Assembly (NCBI GenBank): GCA_964016885.1
Contig: OZ024743.1
Location: 92,876,001 to 92,940,000 of the forward strand
Source of the DNA: Eledone cirrhosa
Taxonomy: Eukaryota
Reading direction: 5' to 3'
DNA: 64,000 bases
The notes beneath the pieces are model-generated. The model was not told where the DNA came from, made no database searches, and saw only the letters and a list, made by a program, of their open reading frames with translations. The position numbers and the translations under genes are program-made. Positions 24,389-39,181 of this stretch are shown here, piece by piece (position 1 is the stretch's first letter; each line of letters starts with the position of its first letter).

Positions 24389-25137
24389 TTTAATTTTTTT
24401 TTTTTTTTTTTTTTTTTTTTTCATTAATATCTTTACAGAGCTATTTATTTTTTTTAGTTCGGTGACCGCTTAGGAAACCGAGCTGCTCTATACATTTCCA
24501 TTTTTCTTTCTTTTGCAAGCTTCTCTCGCCAATGTCTGTTAGTTTCAAAATAATTAGGCACGCAAATTTTTCCTTTCTTTCAACCCTACCCTTCGCATAC
24601 ACACCACTGCAAACGTCTTAAAAGCTACCGACTGCAAAATCAGAGTTTCTTGATAATTTCAGATATTTCAAACTTTTATTCCGTTCGCCTTCCGAAGTAG
24701 TGAGCCTGCTATATACTCTAGAAAATATTTATTGAACAGAGATTTGGCCGCTTTTTCTAGCAGGTAAAATTAGCACATTTCTTTAGAGCCGTTCGAATCG
24801 AACATTATCCACATCTGTAATTATTAATTCGGAATGGGTATCGTAGCTAGTTATTTGGCCAAGTTATATAAACAAAAAGACAACATAAGTTTTAAAGACA
24901 GCGATATCGACAGCTATGCGACACTCTCGTAGTTAATAACGTGTGTTAATTTAAAAGTTAGATGAGATTTATGTAAAATTTTATTAAGCAACCTAAATTG
25001 CTTGAAAATACTGTGTTATACGGTTGAAAGTAAGAAAAATGTTTAATAGAAAATTAAAATATAAAAATTATCGTAAAAGAAAGGTGTTTAGTGAGTTGTT
25101 TTATACAATAAAACTATTAAATTCAGCATAAGCTTTC

Positions 25138-25256
25138 GTTTACGGCCATATCACGCTGACAACACCGGTTCTCGTCCGATCACCGAAGTTAAGCAACGTC
25201 GAGCCTAGTTAGTACTTGGATGGGTGACCGCCTGGGAACCCTAGGTGCCGTAAGTG
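25138..25256 (+). rRNA. 5S rRNA gene copy 29 (C118T)
   Basis: Full-length array copy. Confidence 0.95.
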
Positions 25257-26010
25257 TTTAATTTTTTCCTTTTTTTTTTCATTAATATCTTTACAGAGCT
25301 ATTTATTTTTTTTAGTTCGGTGACCGCTTAGGAAACCGAGCTGCTGTATACATTTCCATTTTTCTTTCTTTTAGTTTCTTTCTTTTGCAAGCTTCTCTCG
25401 CCAATGTATGTTAGTTTCAAATTAATTAGGCACGCAAACTTTTTCCTTTCTTTCAACCCTACCCTTCGCATACACACCACTGCAAACGTCTTAAAAGCTA
25501 CCGACTGCAAAATCAGAGTTTCTTGATAATTTCAGATATTTCAAACTTTTATTCCGTTCGCCTTCCGAAGTAGTGAGCCTGCTATATACTCTAGAAAATA
25601 TTTATTGAACAGAGATTTGGCTGCTTTTTCTAGCAGGTAAAATTAGCACATTTCTTTAGAGCCGTTCGAATCGAACATTATCCACATCTGTAATAATTAA
25701 TTCGGAATGGGTATCGTAGCTAGTTATTTGGCCAAGTTATATAAACAAAAAGACAACATAAGTTTTAAAGACAGCGATATCGACAGCTATGCGACACTCT
25801 CGTAGTTAATAACGTGTGTTAATTTAAAAGTTAGATGAGATTTATGTAAAATGTTATTAAGCAACCTAAATTGCTTGAAAATACTGTGTTATACGGTTGA
25901 AAGTAAGAAAAATGTTTAATAGAAAATTAAAATATAAAAATTATCGTAAAAGAAAGGTGTTTAGTGAGTTGTTTTATACAATAAAACTATTAAATTCAGC
26001 ATAAGCTTTC

Positions 26011-26129
26011 GTTTACGGCCATATCACGCTGACAACACCGGTTCTCGTCCGATCACCGAAGTTAAGCAACGTCGAGCCTAGTTAGTACTTGGATGGGTGA
26101 CCGCCTGGGAATCCTAGGTGCCGTAAGCA
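26011..26129 (+). rRNA. 5S rRNA gene copy 30 (C102T, G119A)
   Basis: Full-length array copy. Confidence 0.95.
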
Positions 26130-26885
26130 TTTAATTTTTTTTTTTTTTTTTTTCATTAATATCTTTACAGAGCTATTTATTTTTTTTTAGTTCGGTGACC
26201 GCTTAGGAAACCGAGCTGCTCTATACATTTCCATTTTTCTTTCTTTTAGTTTCTTTCTTTTGCAAGCTTCTCTCGCCAATGTCTGTTAGTTTCAAAATAA
26301 TTAGGCACGCAAACTTTTTCCTTTCTTTCAACCCTACCCATCGCATACACACCACTGCAAACGTCTTAAAAGCTACCGACTGCAAAAACAGAGTTTCTTG
26401 ATAATTTCAGATATTTCAAACTTTTATTCCGTTCGCCTTCCGAAGTAGTGAGCCTGCTATATACTCTAGAAAATATTTATTGAACAGAGATTTGGCTGCT
26501 TTTTCTAGCAGGTAAAATTAGCACATTTCTTTAGAGCCGTTCGAATCGAACATTATCCACATCTGTAATTATTAATTCGGAATGGGTATCGTAGCTAGTT
26601 ATTTGGCCAAGTTATATAAACAAAAAGACAACATAAGTTTTAAAGACAGCGATATCGACAGCTATGCGACACTCTCGTAGTTAATAACGTGTGTTAATTT
26701 AAAAGTTAGATGAGATTTATGTAAAATTTTATTAAGCAACCTAAATTGCTTGAAAATACTGTGTTATACGGTTGAAAGTAAGAAAAATGTTTAATAGAAA
26801 ATTAAAATATAAAAATTATCGTAAAAGAAAGGTGTTTAGTGAGTTGTTTTATACAATAAAACTTTTAAATTCAGCATAAGCTTTC

Positions 26886-27004
26886 GTTTACGGCCATATC
26901 ACGCTGACAACACCGGTTCTCGTCCGATCACCGAAGTTAAGCAACGTCGAGCCTAGTTAGTACTTGGATGGGTGACCGCCTGGGAACCCTAGGTGCCGTA
27001 AGCG
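26886..27004 (+). rRNA. 5S rRNA gene copy 31
   Basis: Full-length consensus copy. Confidence 0.97.
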
Positions 27005-27757
27005 TTTAATTTTTTTTTTTTTTTTTCATTAATATCTTTACAGACCTATTTATTTTTTTTAGTTCGGTGACCGCTTAGGAAACCGAGCTGCTGTATACAT
27101 TTCCATTTTTCTTTCTTTTAGTTTCTTTCTTTTGCAAGCTTCTCTCGCCAATGTCTGTTAGTTTCAAAATAATTAGGCACGCAAACTTTTTCCTTTCTTT
27201 CAACCCTACCCATCGCATACACACCACTGCAAACGTCTTAAAAGCTACCGACTGCAAAAACAGAGTTTCTTGATAATTTCAGATATTTCAAACTTTTATT
27301 CCGTTCGCCTTCCGAAGTAGTGAGCCTGCTATATACTCTAGAAAATATTTATTGAACAGAGATTTGGCTGCTTTTTCTAGCAGGTAAAATTAGCACATTT
27401 CTTTAGAGCCGTTCGAATCGAACATTATCCACATCTGTAATTATTAATTCGGAATGGGTATCGTAGCTAGTTATTTGGCCAAGTTATATAAACAAAAAGA
27501 CAACATAAGTTTTAAAGACAGCGATATCGACAGCTATGCGACACTCTCGTAGTTAATAACGTGTGTTAATTTAAAAGTTAGATGAGATTTATGTAAAATT
27601 TTATTAAGCAACCTAAATTGCTTGAAAATACTGTGTTATACGGTTGAAAGTAAGAAAAATGTTTAATAGAAAATTAAAATATAAAAATTATCGTAAAAGA
27701 AAGGTGTTTAGTGAGTTGTTTTATACAATAAAACTTTTAAATTCAGCATAAGCTTTC

Positions 27758-27876
27758 GTTTACGGCCATATCACGCTGACAACACCGGTTCTCGTCCGAT
27801 CACCGAAGTTAAGCAACGTCGAGCCTAGTTAGTACTTGGATGGGTGACCGCCTGGGAACCCTAGGTGCCGTAAGCG
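27758..27876 (+). rRNA. 5S rRNA gene copy 32
   Basis: Full-length consensus copy. Confidence 0.97.
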
Positions 27877-28629
27877 TTTAATTTTTTTTTTTTTTTTTCA
27901 TTAATATCTTTACAGACCTATTTATTTTTTTTAGTTCGGTGACCGCTTAGGAAACCGAGCTGCTGTATACATTTCCATTTTTCTTTCTTTTAGTTTCTTT
28001 CTTTTGCAAGCTTCTCTCGCCAATGTATGTTAGTTTCAAAATAATTAGGCACGCAAACTTTTTCCTTTCTTTCAACCCTACCCTTCGCATACACACCACT
28101 GCAAACGTCTTAAAAGCTACCGACTGCAAAATCAGAGTTTCTTGATAATTTCAGATATTTCAAACTATTATTCCGTTCGCCTTCCGAAGTAGTGAGCCTG
28201 CTATATACTCTAGAAAATATTTATTGAACAGAGATTTGGCTGCTTTTTCTAGCAGGTAAAATTAGCACATTTCTTTAGAGCCGTTCGAATCGAACATTAT
28301 CCACATCTGTAATAATTAATTCGGAATGGGTATCGTAGCTAGTTATTTGGCCAAGTTATATAAACAAAAAGACAACATAAGTTTTAAAGACAGCGATATC
28401 GACAGCTATGCGACACTCTCGTAGTTAATAACGTGTGTTAATTTAAAAGTTAGATGAGATTTATGTAAAATTTTATTAAGCAACCTAAATTGCTTGAAAA
28501 TACTGTGTTATACGGTTGAAAGTAAGAAAAATGTTTAATAGAAAATTAAAATATAAAAATTATCGTAAAAGAAAGGTGTTTAGTGAGTTGTTTTATACAA
28601 TAAAACTATTAAATTCAGCATAAGCTTTC

Positions 28630-28748
28630 GTTTACGGCCATATCACGCTGACAACACCGGTTCTCGTCCGATCACCGAAGTTAAGCAACGTCGAGCCTAG
28701 TTAGTACTTGGATGGGTGACCGCCTGGGAACCCTAGGTGCCGTAAGCG
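28630..28748 (+). rRNA. 5S rRNA gene copy 33
   Basis: Full-length consensus copy. Confidence 0.97.
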
Positions 28749-29498
28749 TTTAATTTTTTTTTTTTTTTCATTAATATCTTTACAGAGCTATTTATTTTTT
28801 TTAGTTCGGTGACCGCTTAGGAAACCGAGCTGCTGTATACATTTCCATTTTTCTTTCTTTTAGTTTCTTTCTTTTGCTAGCTTCTCTCGCCAATGTATGT
28901 TAGTTTCAAAATAATTAGGCACGCAAACTTTTTCCTTTCTTTCAACCCTACCCTTCGCATACACACCACTTCAAACGTCTTAAAAGCTACCGACTGCAAA
29001 ATCAGAGTTTCTTGATAATTTCAGATATTTCAAACTTTTATTCCGTTCGCCTTCCGAAGTAGTGAGCCTGCTATATACTCTAGAAAATATTTATTGAACA
29101 GAGATTTGGCTGCTTTTTCTAGCAGGTAAAATTAGCACATTTCTTTAGAGCCGTTCGAATCGAAAATTATCCACATCTGTAATAATTAATTCGGAATGGG
29201 TATCGTAGCTAGTTATTTGGCCAAGTTATATAAACAAAAAGACAACATAAGTTTTAAAGACAGCGATATCGACAGCTATGCGACACTCTCGTAGTTAATA
29301 ACGTGTGTTAATTTAAAAGTTAGATGAGATTTATGTAAAATTTTATTAAGCAACCTAAATTGCTTGAAAATACTGTGTTTTCGGTTGAAAGTAAGAAAAA
29401 TGTTTAATAGAAAATTAAAATATAAAAATTATCGTAAAGGAAAGGTGTTTAGTGAGTTGTTTTATACAATAAAACTATTAAATTCAGCATAAGCTTTC

Positions 29499-29617
29499 GT
29501 TTACGGCCATATCACGCTGACAACACCGGTTCTCGTCCGATCACCGAAGTTAAGCAACGTCGAGCCTAGTTAGTACTTGGATGGGTGACCGCCTGGGAAC
29601 CCTAGGTGCCGTAAGCG
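29499..29617 (+). rRNA. 5S rRNA gene copy 34
   Basis: Full-length consensus copy. Confidence 0.97.
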
Positions 29618-30363
29618 TTTAATTTTTTTTTTTTTTTTTTTTTTTTCATTAATATCTTTACAGAGCTATTTATTTTTTTTAGTTCGGTGACCGCTTAGGA
29701 AACCGAGCTGCTCTATACATTTCCATTTTTCTTTCTTTTGCAAGCTTCTCTCGCCAATGTCTGTTAGTTTCAAAATAATTAGGCACGCAAACTTTTTCCT
29801 TTCTTTCAACCCTACCCTTCGCATACACACCACTGCAAACGTCTTAAAAGCTACCGACTGCAAAAACAGAGTTTCTTGATAATTTCAGATATTTCAAACG
29901 TTTATTCCGTTCGCCTTCCGAAGTAGTGAGCCTGCTATACACTCTAGAAAATATTTATTGAACAGAGATTTGGCTGCTTTTTCTAGCAGGTAAAATTAGC
30001 ACATTTCTTTAGAGCCGTTCGAATCGAACATTATCCACATCTGTAATAATTAATTCGGAATGGGTATCGTAGCTAGTTATTTGGCCAAGTTATATAAACA
30101 AAAATACAACATAAGTTTTAAAGACAGCAATATCGACAGCTATGCGACACTCTCGTAGTTAATAACGTGTGTTAATTTAAAAGTTAGATGAGATTTATGT
30201 AAAATTTTATTAAGCAACCTAAATTGCTTGAAAATACTGTGTTATACGGTTGAAAGTAAGAAAAATGTTTAATAGAAAATTAAAATATAAAAATTATCGT
30301 AAAAGAAAGGTGTTTAGTGAGTTGTTTTATACAATAAAACTATTAAATTCAGCATAAGCTTTC

Positions 30364-30482
30364 GTTTACGGCCATATCACGCTGACAACACCGGTTCTCG
30401 TCCGATCACCGAAGTTAAGCAACGTCGAGCCTAGTTAGTACTTGGATGGGTGACCGCCTGGGAACCCTAGGTGCCGTAAGCG
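30364..30482 (+). rRNA. 5S rRNA gene copy 35
   Basis: Full-length consensus copy. Confidence 0.97.
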
Positions 30483-31230
30483 TTTAATTTTTTTTTTTTT
30501 CCATTAATATCTTTACAGAGCTATTTATTTTTTTTAGTTCGGTGACCGCTTAGGAAACCGAGCTGCTCAATACATTTCCATTTTTCTTTCTTTTAGTTTC
30601 TTTCTTTTGCAAGCTTCTCTCGCCAATGTATGTTAGTTTCAAAATAATTAGGCACGCAAACTTTTTCCTTTCTTTCAACCCTACCCTTCGCATACACACC
30701 ACTGCAAACGTCTTAAAAGCTACCGACTGCAAAATCAGAGTTTCTTGATAATTTCAGATATTTCAAACTTTTATTCCGTTCGCCTTCCGAAGTAGTGAGC
30801 CTGCTATATACTCTAGAAAATATTTATTGAACAGAGATTTGGCCGCTTTTTCTAGCAGGTAAAATTAGCACATTTCTTTAGAGCCGTTCGAATCGAACAT
30901 TATCCACATCTGTAATTATTAATTCGGAATGGGTATCGTAGCTAGTTATTTGGCCAAGTTATATAAACAAAAAGACAACAAGTTTTAAAGACAGCGATAT
31001 CGACAGCTATGCGACACTCTCGTAGTTAATAACGTGTGTTAATTTAAAAGTTAGATGAGATTTATGTAAAATTTTATTAAGCAACCTAAATTGCTTGAAA
31101 ATACTGTGTTATACGGTTGAAAGTAAGAAAAATGTTTAATAGAAAATTAAAATATAAAAATTATCGTAAAAGAAAGGTGTTTAGTGAGTTGTTTTATACA
31201 ATAAAACTATTAAATTCAGCATAAGCTTTC

Positions 31231-31349
31231 GTTTACGGCCATATCACGCTGACAACACCGGTTCTCGTCCGATCACCGAAGTTAAGCAACGTCGAGCCTA
31301 GTTAGTACTTGGATGGGTGACCGCCTGGGAACCCTAGGTGCCGTAAGCG
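31231..31349 (+). rRNA. 5S rRNA gene copy 36
   Basis: Full-length consensus copy. Confidence 0.97.
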
Positions 31350-32095
31350 TTTAATTTTTTTTTTTTTTTTTTTTTTTTCATTAATATCTTTACAGAGCTA
31401 TTTATTTTTTTTAGTTCGGTGACCGCTTAGGAAACCGAGCTGCTCTATACATTTCCATTTTTCTTTCTTTTGCAAGCTTCTCTCGCCAATGTCTGTTAGT
31501 TTCAAAATAATTAGGCACGCAAACTTTTTCCTTTCTTTCAACCCTACCCTTCGCATACACACCACTGCAAACGTCTTAAAAGCTACCGACTGCAAAAACA
31601 GAGTTTCTTGATAATTTCAGATATTTCAAACGTTTATTCCGTTCGCCTTCCGAAGTAGTGAGCCTGCTATACACTCTAGAAAATATTTATTGAACAGAGA
31701 TTTGGCTGCTTTTTCTAGCAGGTAAAATTAGCACATTTCTTTAGAGCCGTTCGAATCGAACATTATCCACATCTGTAATAATTAATTCGGAATGGGTATC
31801 GTAGCTAGTTATTTGGCCAAGTTATATAAACAAAAATACAACATAAGTTTTAAAGACAGCAATATCGACAGCTATGCGACACTCTCGTAGTTAATAACGT
31901 GTGTTAATTTAAAAGTTAGATGAGATTTATGTAAAATTTTATTAAGCAACCTAAATTGCTTGAAAATACTGTGTTATACGGTTGAAAGTAAGAAAAATGT
32001 TTAATAGAAAATTAAAATATAAAAATTATCGTAAAAGAAAGGTGTTTAGTGAGTTGTTTTATACAATAAAACTATTAAATTCAGCATAAGCTTTC

Positions 32096-32214
32096 GTTTA
32101 CGGCCATATCACGCTGACAACACCGGTTCTCGTCCGATCACCGAAGTTAAGCAACGTCGAGCCTAGTTAGTACTTGGATGGGTGACCGCCTGGGAACCCT
32201 AGGTGCCGTAAGCG
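32096..32214 (+). rRNA. 5S rRNA gene copy 37
   Basis: Full-length consensus copy. Confidence 0.97.
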
Positions 32215-32964
32215 TTTAATTTTTTTTTTTTTCCATTAATATCTTTACAGAGCTATTTATTTTTTTTAGTTCGGTGACCGCTTAGGAAACCGAGCTGCTC
32301 AATACATTTCCATTTTTCTTTCTTTTAGTTTCTTTCTTTTGCAAGCTTCTCTCGCCAATGTATGTTAGTTTCAAAATAATTAGGCACGCAAACTTTTTCC
32401 TTTCTTTCAACCCTACCCTTCGCATACACACCACTGCAAACGTCTTAAAAGCTACCGACTGCAAAATCAGAGTTTCTTGATAATTTCAGATATTTCAAAC
32501 TTTTATTCCGTTCGCCTTCCGAAGTAGTGAGCCTGCTATATACTCTAGAAAATATTTATTGAACAGAGATTTGGCCGCTTTTTCTAGCAGGTAAAATTAG
32601 CACATTTCTTTAGAGCCGTTCGAATCGAACATTATCCACATCTGTAATTATTAATTCGGAATGGGTATCGTAGCTAGTTATTTGGCCAAGTTATATAAAC
32701 AAAAAGACAACATAAGTTTTAAAGACAGCGATATCGACAGCTATGCGACACTCTCGTAGTTAATAACGTGTGTTAATTTAAAAGTTAGATGAGATTTATG
32801 TAAAATTTTATTAAGCAACCTAAATTGCTTGAAAATACTGTGTTATACGGTTGAAAGTAAGAAAAATGTTTAATAGAAAATTAAAATATAAAAATTATCG
32901 TAAAAGAAAGGTGTTTAGTGAGTTGTTTTATACAATAAAACTATTAAATTCAGCATAAGCTTTC

Positions 32965-33083
32965 GTTTACGGCCATATCACGCTGACAACACCGGTTCTC
33001 GTCCGATCACCGAAGTTAAGCAACGTCGAGCCTAGTTAGTACTTGGATGGGTGACCGCCTGGGAACCCTAGGTGCCGTAAGTG
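32965..33083 (+). rRNA. 5S rRNA gene copy 38 (C118T)
   Basis: Full-length array copy. Confidence 0.95.
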
Positions 33084-33837
33084 TTTAATTTTTTCCTTTT
33101 TTTTTTCATTAATATCTTTACAGAGCTATTTATTTTTTTTAGTTCGGTGACCGCTTAGGAAACCGAGCTGCTGTATACATTTCCATTTTTCTTTCTTTTA
33201 GTTTCTTTCTTTTGCAAGCTTCTCTCGCCAATGTATGTTAGTTTCAAATTAATTAGGCACGCAAACTTTTTCCTTTCTTTCAACCCTACCCTTCGCATAC
33301 ACACCACTGCAAACGTCTTAAAAGCTACCGACTGCAAAATCAGAGTTTCTTGATAATTTCAGATATTTCAAACTTTTATTCCGTTCGCCTTCCGAAGTAG
33401 TGAGCCTGCTATATACTCTAGAAAATATTTATTGAACAGAGATTTGGCTGCTTTTTCTAGCAGGTAAAATTAGCACATTTCTTTAGAGCCGTTCGAATCG
33501 AACATTATCCACATCTGTAATAATTAATTCGGAATGGGTATCGTAGCTAGTTATTTGGCCAAGTTATATAAACAAAAAGACAACATAAGTTTTAAAGACA
33601 GCGATATCGACAGCTATGCGACACTCTCGTAGTTAATAACGTGTGTTAATTTAAAAGTTAGATGAGATTTATGTAAAATGTTATTAAGCAACCTAAATTG
33701 CTTGAAAATACTGTGTTATACGGTTGAAAGTAAGAAAAATGTTTAATAGAAAATTAAAATATAAAAATTATCGTAAAAGAAAGGTGTTTAGTGAGTTGTT
33801 TTATACAATAAAACTATTAAATTCAGCATAAGCTTTC

Positions 33838-33956
33838 GTTTACGGCCATATCACGCTGACAACACCGGTTCTCGTCCGATCACCGAAGTTAAGCAACGTC
33901 GAGCCTAGTTAGTACTTGGATGGGTGACCGCCTGGGAATCCTAGGTGCCGTAAGCA
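33838..33956 (+). rRNA. 5S rRNA gene copy 39 (C102T, G119A)
   Basis: Full-length array copy. Confidence 0.95.
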
Positions 33957-34712
33957 TTTAATTTTTTTTTTTTTTTTTTTCATTAATATCTTTACAGAGC
34001 TATTTATTTTTTTTTAGTTCGGTGACCGCTTAGGAAACCGAGCTGCTCTATACATTTCCATTTTTCTTTCTTTTAGTTTCTTTCTTTTGCAAGCTTCTCT
34101 CGCCAATGTCTGTTAGTTTCAAAATAATTAGGCACGCAAACTTTTTCCTTTCTTTCAACCCTACCCATCGCATACACACCACTGCAAACGTCTTAAAAGC
34201 TACCGACTGCAAAAACAGAGTTTCTTGATAATTTCAGATATTTCAAACTTTTATTCCGTTCGCCTTCCGAAGTAGTGAGCCTGCTATATACTCTAGAAAA
34301 TATTTATTGAACAGAGATTTGGCTGCTTTTTCTAGCAGGTAAAATTAGCACATTTCTTTAGAGCCGTTCGAATCGAACATTATCCACATCTGTAATTATT
34401 AATTCGGAATGGGTATCGTAGCTAGTTATTTGGCCAAGTTATATAAACAAAAAGACAACATAAGTTTTAAAGACAGCGATATCGACAGCTATGCGACACT
34501 CTCGTAGTTAATAACGTGTGTTAATTTAAAAGTTAGATGAGATTTATGTAAAATTTTATTAAGCAACCTAAATTGCTTGAAAATACTGTGTTATACGGTT
34601 GAAAGTAAGAAAAATGTTTAATAGAAAATTAAAATATAAAAATTATCGTAAAAGAAAGGTGTTTAGTGAGTTGTTTTATACAATAAAACTTTTAAATTCA
34701 GCATAAGCTTTC

Positions 34713-34831
34713 GTTTACGGCCATATCACGCTGACAACACCGGTTCTCGTCCGATCACCGAAGTTAAGCAACGTCGAGCCTAGTTAGTACTTGGATGGGT
34801 GACCGCCTGGGAACCCTAGGTGCCGTAAGCG
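34713..34831 (+). rRNA. 5S rRNA gene copy 40
   Basis: Full-length consensus copy. Confidence 0.97.
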
Positions 34832-35584
34832 TTTAATTTTTTTTTTTTTTTTTCATTAATATCTTTACAGACCTATTTATTTTTTTTAGTTCGGTGACCG
34901 CTTAGGAAACCGAGCTGCTGTATACATTTCCATTTTTCTTTCTTTTAGTTTCTTTCTTTTGCAAGCTTCTCTCGCCAATGTATGTTAGTTTCAAAATAAT
35001 TAGGCACGCAAACTTTTTCCTTTCTTTCAACCCTACCCTTCGCATACACACCACTGCAAACGTCTTAAAAGCTACCGACTGCAAAATCAGAGTTTCTTGA
35101 TAATTTCAGATATTTCAAACTATTATTCCGTTCGCCTTCCGAAGTAGTGAGCCTGCTATATACTCTAGAAAATATTTATTGAACAGAGATTTGGCTGCTT
35201 TTTCTAGCAGGTAAAATTAGCACATTTCTTTAGAGCCGTTCGAATCGAACATTATCCACATCTGTAATAATTAATTCGGAATGGGTATCGTAGCTAGTTA
35301 TTTGGCCAAGTTATATAAACAAAAAGACAACATAAGTTTTAAAGACAGCGATATCGACAGCTATGCGACACTCTCGTAGTTAATAACGTGTGTTAATTTA
35401 AAAGTTAGATGAGATTTATGTAAAATTTTATTAAGCAACCTAAATTGCTTGAAAATACTGTGTTATACGGTTGAAAGTAAGAAAAATGTTTAATAGAAAA
35501 TTAAAATATAAAAATTATCGTAAAAGAAAGGTGTTTAGTGAGTTGTTTTATACAATAAAACTATTAAATTCAGCATAAGCTTTC

Positions 35585-35703
35585 GTTTACGGCCATATCA
35601 CGCTGACAACACCGGTTCTCGTCCGATCACCGAAGTTAAGCAACGTCGAGCCTAGTTAGTACTTGGATGGGTGACCGCCTGGGAACCCTAGGTGCCGTAA
35701 GCG
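35585..35703 (+). rRNA. 5S rRNA gene copy 41
   Basis: Full-length consensus copy. Confidence 0.97.
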
Positions 35704-36453
35704 TTTAATTTTTTTTTTTTTTTCATTAATATCTTTACAGAGCTATTTATTTTTTTTAGTTCGGTGACCGCTTAGGAAACCGAGCTGCTGTATACATTTC
35801 CATTTTTCTTTCTTTTAGTTTCTTTCTTTTGCTAGCTTCTCTCGCCAATGTATGTTAGTTTCAAAATAATTAGGCACGCAAACTTTTTCCTTTCTTTCAA
35901 CCCTACCCTTCGCATACACACCACTTCAAACGTCTTAAAAGCTACCGACTGCAAAATCAGAGTTTCTTGATAATTTCAGATATTTCAAACTTTTATTCCG
36001 TTCGCCTTCCGAAGTAGTGAGCCTGCTATATACTCTAGAAAATATTTATTGAACAGAGATTTGGCTGCTTTTTCTAGCAGGTAAAATTAGCACATTTCTT
36101 TAGAGCCGTTCGAATCGAAAATTATCCACATCTGTAATAATTAATTCGGAATGGGTATCGTAGCTAGTTATTTGGCCAAGTTATATAAACAAAAAGACAA
36201 CATAAGTTTTAAAGACAGCGATATCGACAGCTATGCGACACTCTCGTAGTTAATAACGTGTGTTAATTTAAAAGTTAGATGAGATTTATGTAAAATTTTA
36301 TTAAGCAACCTAAATTGCTTGAAAATACTGTGTTTTTGGTTGAAAGTAAGAAAAATGTTTAATAGAAAATTAAAATATAAAAATTATCGTAAAGGAAAGG
36401 TGTTTAGTGAGTTGTTTTATACAATAAAACTATTAAATTCAGCATAAGCTTTC

Positions 36454-36572
36454 GTTTACGGCCATATCACGCTGACAACACCGGTTCTCGTCCGATCACC
36501 GAAGTTAAGCAACGTCGAGCCTAGTTAGTACTTGGATGGGTGACCGCCTGGGAACCCTAGGTGCCGTAAGCG
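36454..36572 (+). rRNA. 5S rRNA gene copy 42
   Basis: Full-length consensus copy. Confidence 0.97.
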
Positions 36573-37318
36573 TTTAATTTTTTTTTTTTTTTTTTTTTTT
36601 TCATTAATATCTTTACAGAGCTATTTATTTTTTTTAGTTCGGTGACCGCTTAGGAAACCGAGCTGCTCTATACATTTCCATTTTTCTTTCTTTTGCAAGC
36701 TTCTCTCGCCAATGTCTGTTAGTTTCAAAATAATTAGGCACGCAAACTTTTTCCTTTCTTTCAACCCTACCCTTCGCATACACACCACTGCAAACGTCTT
36801 AAAAGCTACCGACTGCAAAAACAGAGTTTCTTGATAATTTCAGATATTTCAAACGTTTATTCCGTTCGCCTTCCGAAGTAGTGAGCCTGCTATACACTCT
36901 AGAAAATATTTATTGAACAGAGATTTGCCTGCTTTTTCTAGCAGGTAAAATTAGCACATTTCTTTAGAGCCGTTCGAATCGAACATTATCCACATCTGTA
37001 ATAATTAATTCGGAATGGGTATCGTAGCTAGTTATTTGGCCAAGTTATATAAACAAAAATACAACATAAGTTTTAAAGACAGCAATATCGACAGCTATGC
37101 GACACTCTCGTAGTTAATAACGTGTGTTAATTTAAAAGTTAGATGAGATTTATGTAAAATTTTATTAAGCAACCTAAATTGCTTGAAAATACTGTGTTAT
37201 ACGGTTGAAAGTAAGAAAAATGTTTAATAGAAAATTAAAATATAAAAATTATCGTAAAAGAAAGGTGTTTAGTGAGTTGTTTTATACAATAAAACTATTA
37301 AATTCAGCATAAGCTTTC

Positions 37319-37437
37319 GTTTACGGCCATATCACGCTGACAACACCGGTTCTCGTCCGATCACCGAAGTTAAGCAACGTCGAGCCTAGTTAGTACTTGG
37401 ATGGGTGACCGCCTGGGAACCCTAGGTGCCGTAAGCG
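37319..37437 (+). rRNA. 5S rRNA gene copy 43
   Basis: Full-length consensus copy. Confidence 0.97.
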
Positions 37438-38187
37438 TTTAATTTTTTTTTTTTTCCATTAATATCTTTACAGAGCTATTTATTTTTTTTAGTTCGGTGA
37501 CCGCTTAGGAAACCGAGCTGCTCAATACATTTCCATTTTTCTTTCTTTTAGTTTCTTTCTTTTGCAAGCTTCTCTCGCCAATGTATGTTAGTTTCAAAAT
37601 AATTAGGCACGCAAACTTTTTCCTTTCTTTCAACCCTACCCTTCGCATACACACCACTGCAAACGTCTTAAAAGCTACCGACTGCAAAAACAGAGTTTCT
37701 TGATAATTTCAGATATTTCAAACTTTTATTCCGTTCGCCTTCCGAAGTAGTGAGCCTGCTATATACTCTAGAAAATATTTATTGAACAGAGATTTGGCTG
37801 CTTTTTCTAGCAGGTAAAATTAGCACATTTCTTTAGAGCCGTTCGAATCGAACATTATCCACATCTGTAATTATTAATTCGGAATGGGTATCGTGGCTAG
37901 TTATTTGGCCAAGTTATATAAACAAAAAGACAACATAAGTTTTAAAGACAGAGATATCGACAGCTATGCGACACTCTCGTAGTTAATAACGTGTGTTAAT
38001 TTAAAAGTTAGATGAGATTTATGTAAAATTTTATTAAGCAACCTAAATTGCTTGAAAATACTGTGTTATACGGTTGAAAGTAAGAAAAATGTTTAATAGA
38101 AAATTAAAATATAAAAATTATCGTAAAAGAAAGGTGTTTAGTGAGTTGTTTTATACAATAAAACTATTAAATTCAGCATAAGCTTTC

Positions 38188-38306
38188 GTTTACGGCCATA
38201 TCACGCTGACAACACCGGTTCTCGTCCGATCACCGAAGTTAAGCAACGTCGAGCCTAGTTAGTACTTGGATGGGTGACCGCCTGGGAATCCTAGGTGCCG
38301 TAAGCA
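38188..38306 (+). rRNA. 5S rRNA gene copy 44 (C102T, G119A)
   Basis: Full-length array copy. Confidence 0.95.
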
Positions 38307-39062
38307 TTTAATTTTTTTTTTTTTTTTTTTCATTAATATCTTTACAGAGCTATTTATTTTTTTTTAGTTCGGTGACCGCTTAGGAAACCGAGCTGCTCTA
38401 TACATTTCCATTTTTCTTTCTTTTAGTTTCTTTCTTTTGCAAGCTTCTCTCGCCAATGTCTGTTAGTTTCAAAATAATTAGGCACGCAAACTTTTTCCTT
38501 TCTTTCAACCCTACCCATCGCATACACACCACTGCAAACGTCTTAAAAGCTACCGACTGCAAAAACAGAGTTTCTTGATAATTTCAGATATTTCAAACTT
38601 TTATTCCGTTCGCCTTCCGAAGTAGTGAGCCTGCTATATACTCTAGAAAATATTTATTGAACAGAGATTTGGCTGCTTTTTCTAGCAGGTAAAATTAGCA
38701 CATTTCTTTAGAGCCGTTCGAATCGAACATTATCCACATCTGTAATTATTAATTCGGAATGGGTATCGTAGCTAGTTATTTGGCCAAGTTATATAAACAA
38801 AAAGACAACATAAGTTTTAAAGACAGCGATATCGACAGCTATGCGACACTCTCGTAGTTAATAACGTGTGTTAATTTAAAAGTTAGATGAGATTTATGTA
38901 AAATTTTATTAAGCAACCTAAATTGCTTGAAAATACTGTGTTATACGGTTGAAAGTAAGAAAAATGTTTAATAGAAAATTAAAATATAAAAATTATCGTA
39001 AAAGAAAGGTGTTTAGTGAGTTGTTTTATACAATAAAACTTTTAAATTCAGCATAAGCTTTC

Positions 39063-39181
39063 GTTTACGGCCATATCACGCTGACAACACCGGTTCTCGT
39101 CCGATCACCGAAGTTAAGCAACGTCGAGCCTAGTTAGTACTTGGATGGGTGGCCGCCTGGGAACCCTAGGTGCCGTAAGCG
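39063..39181 (+). rRNA. 5S rRNA gene copy 45 (A90G)
   Basis: Full-length; C box / loop D substitution. Confidence 0.93.
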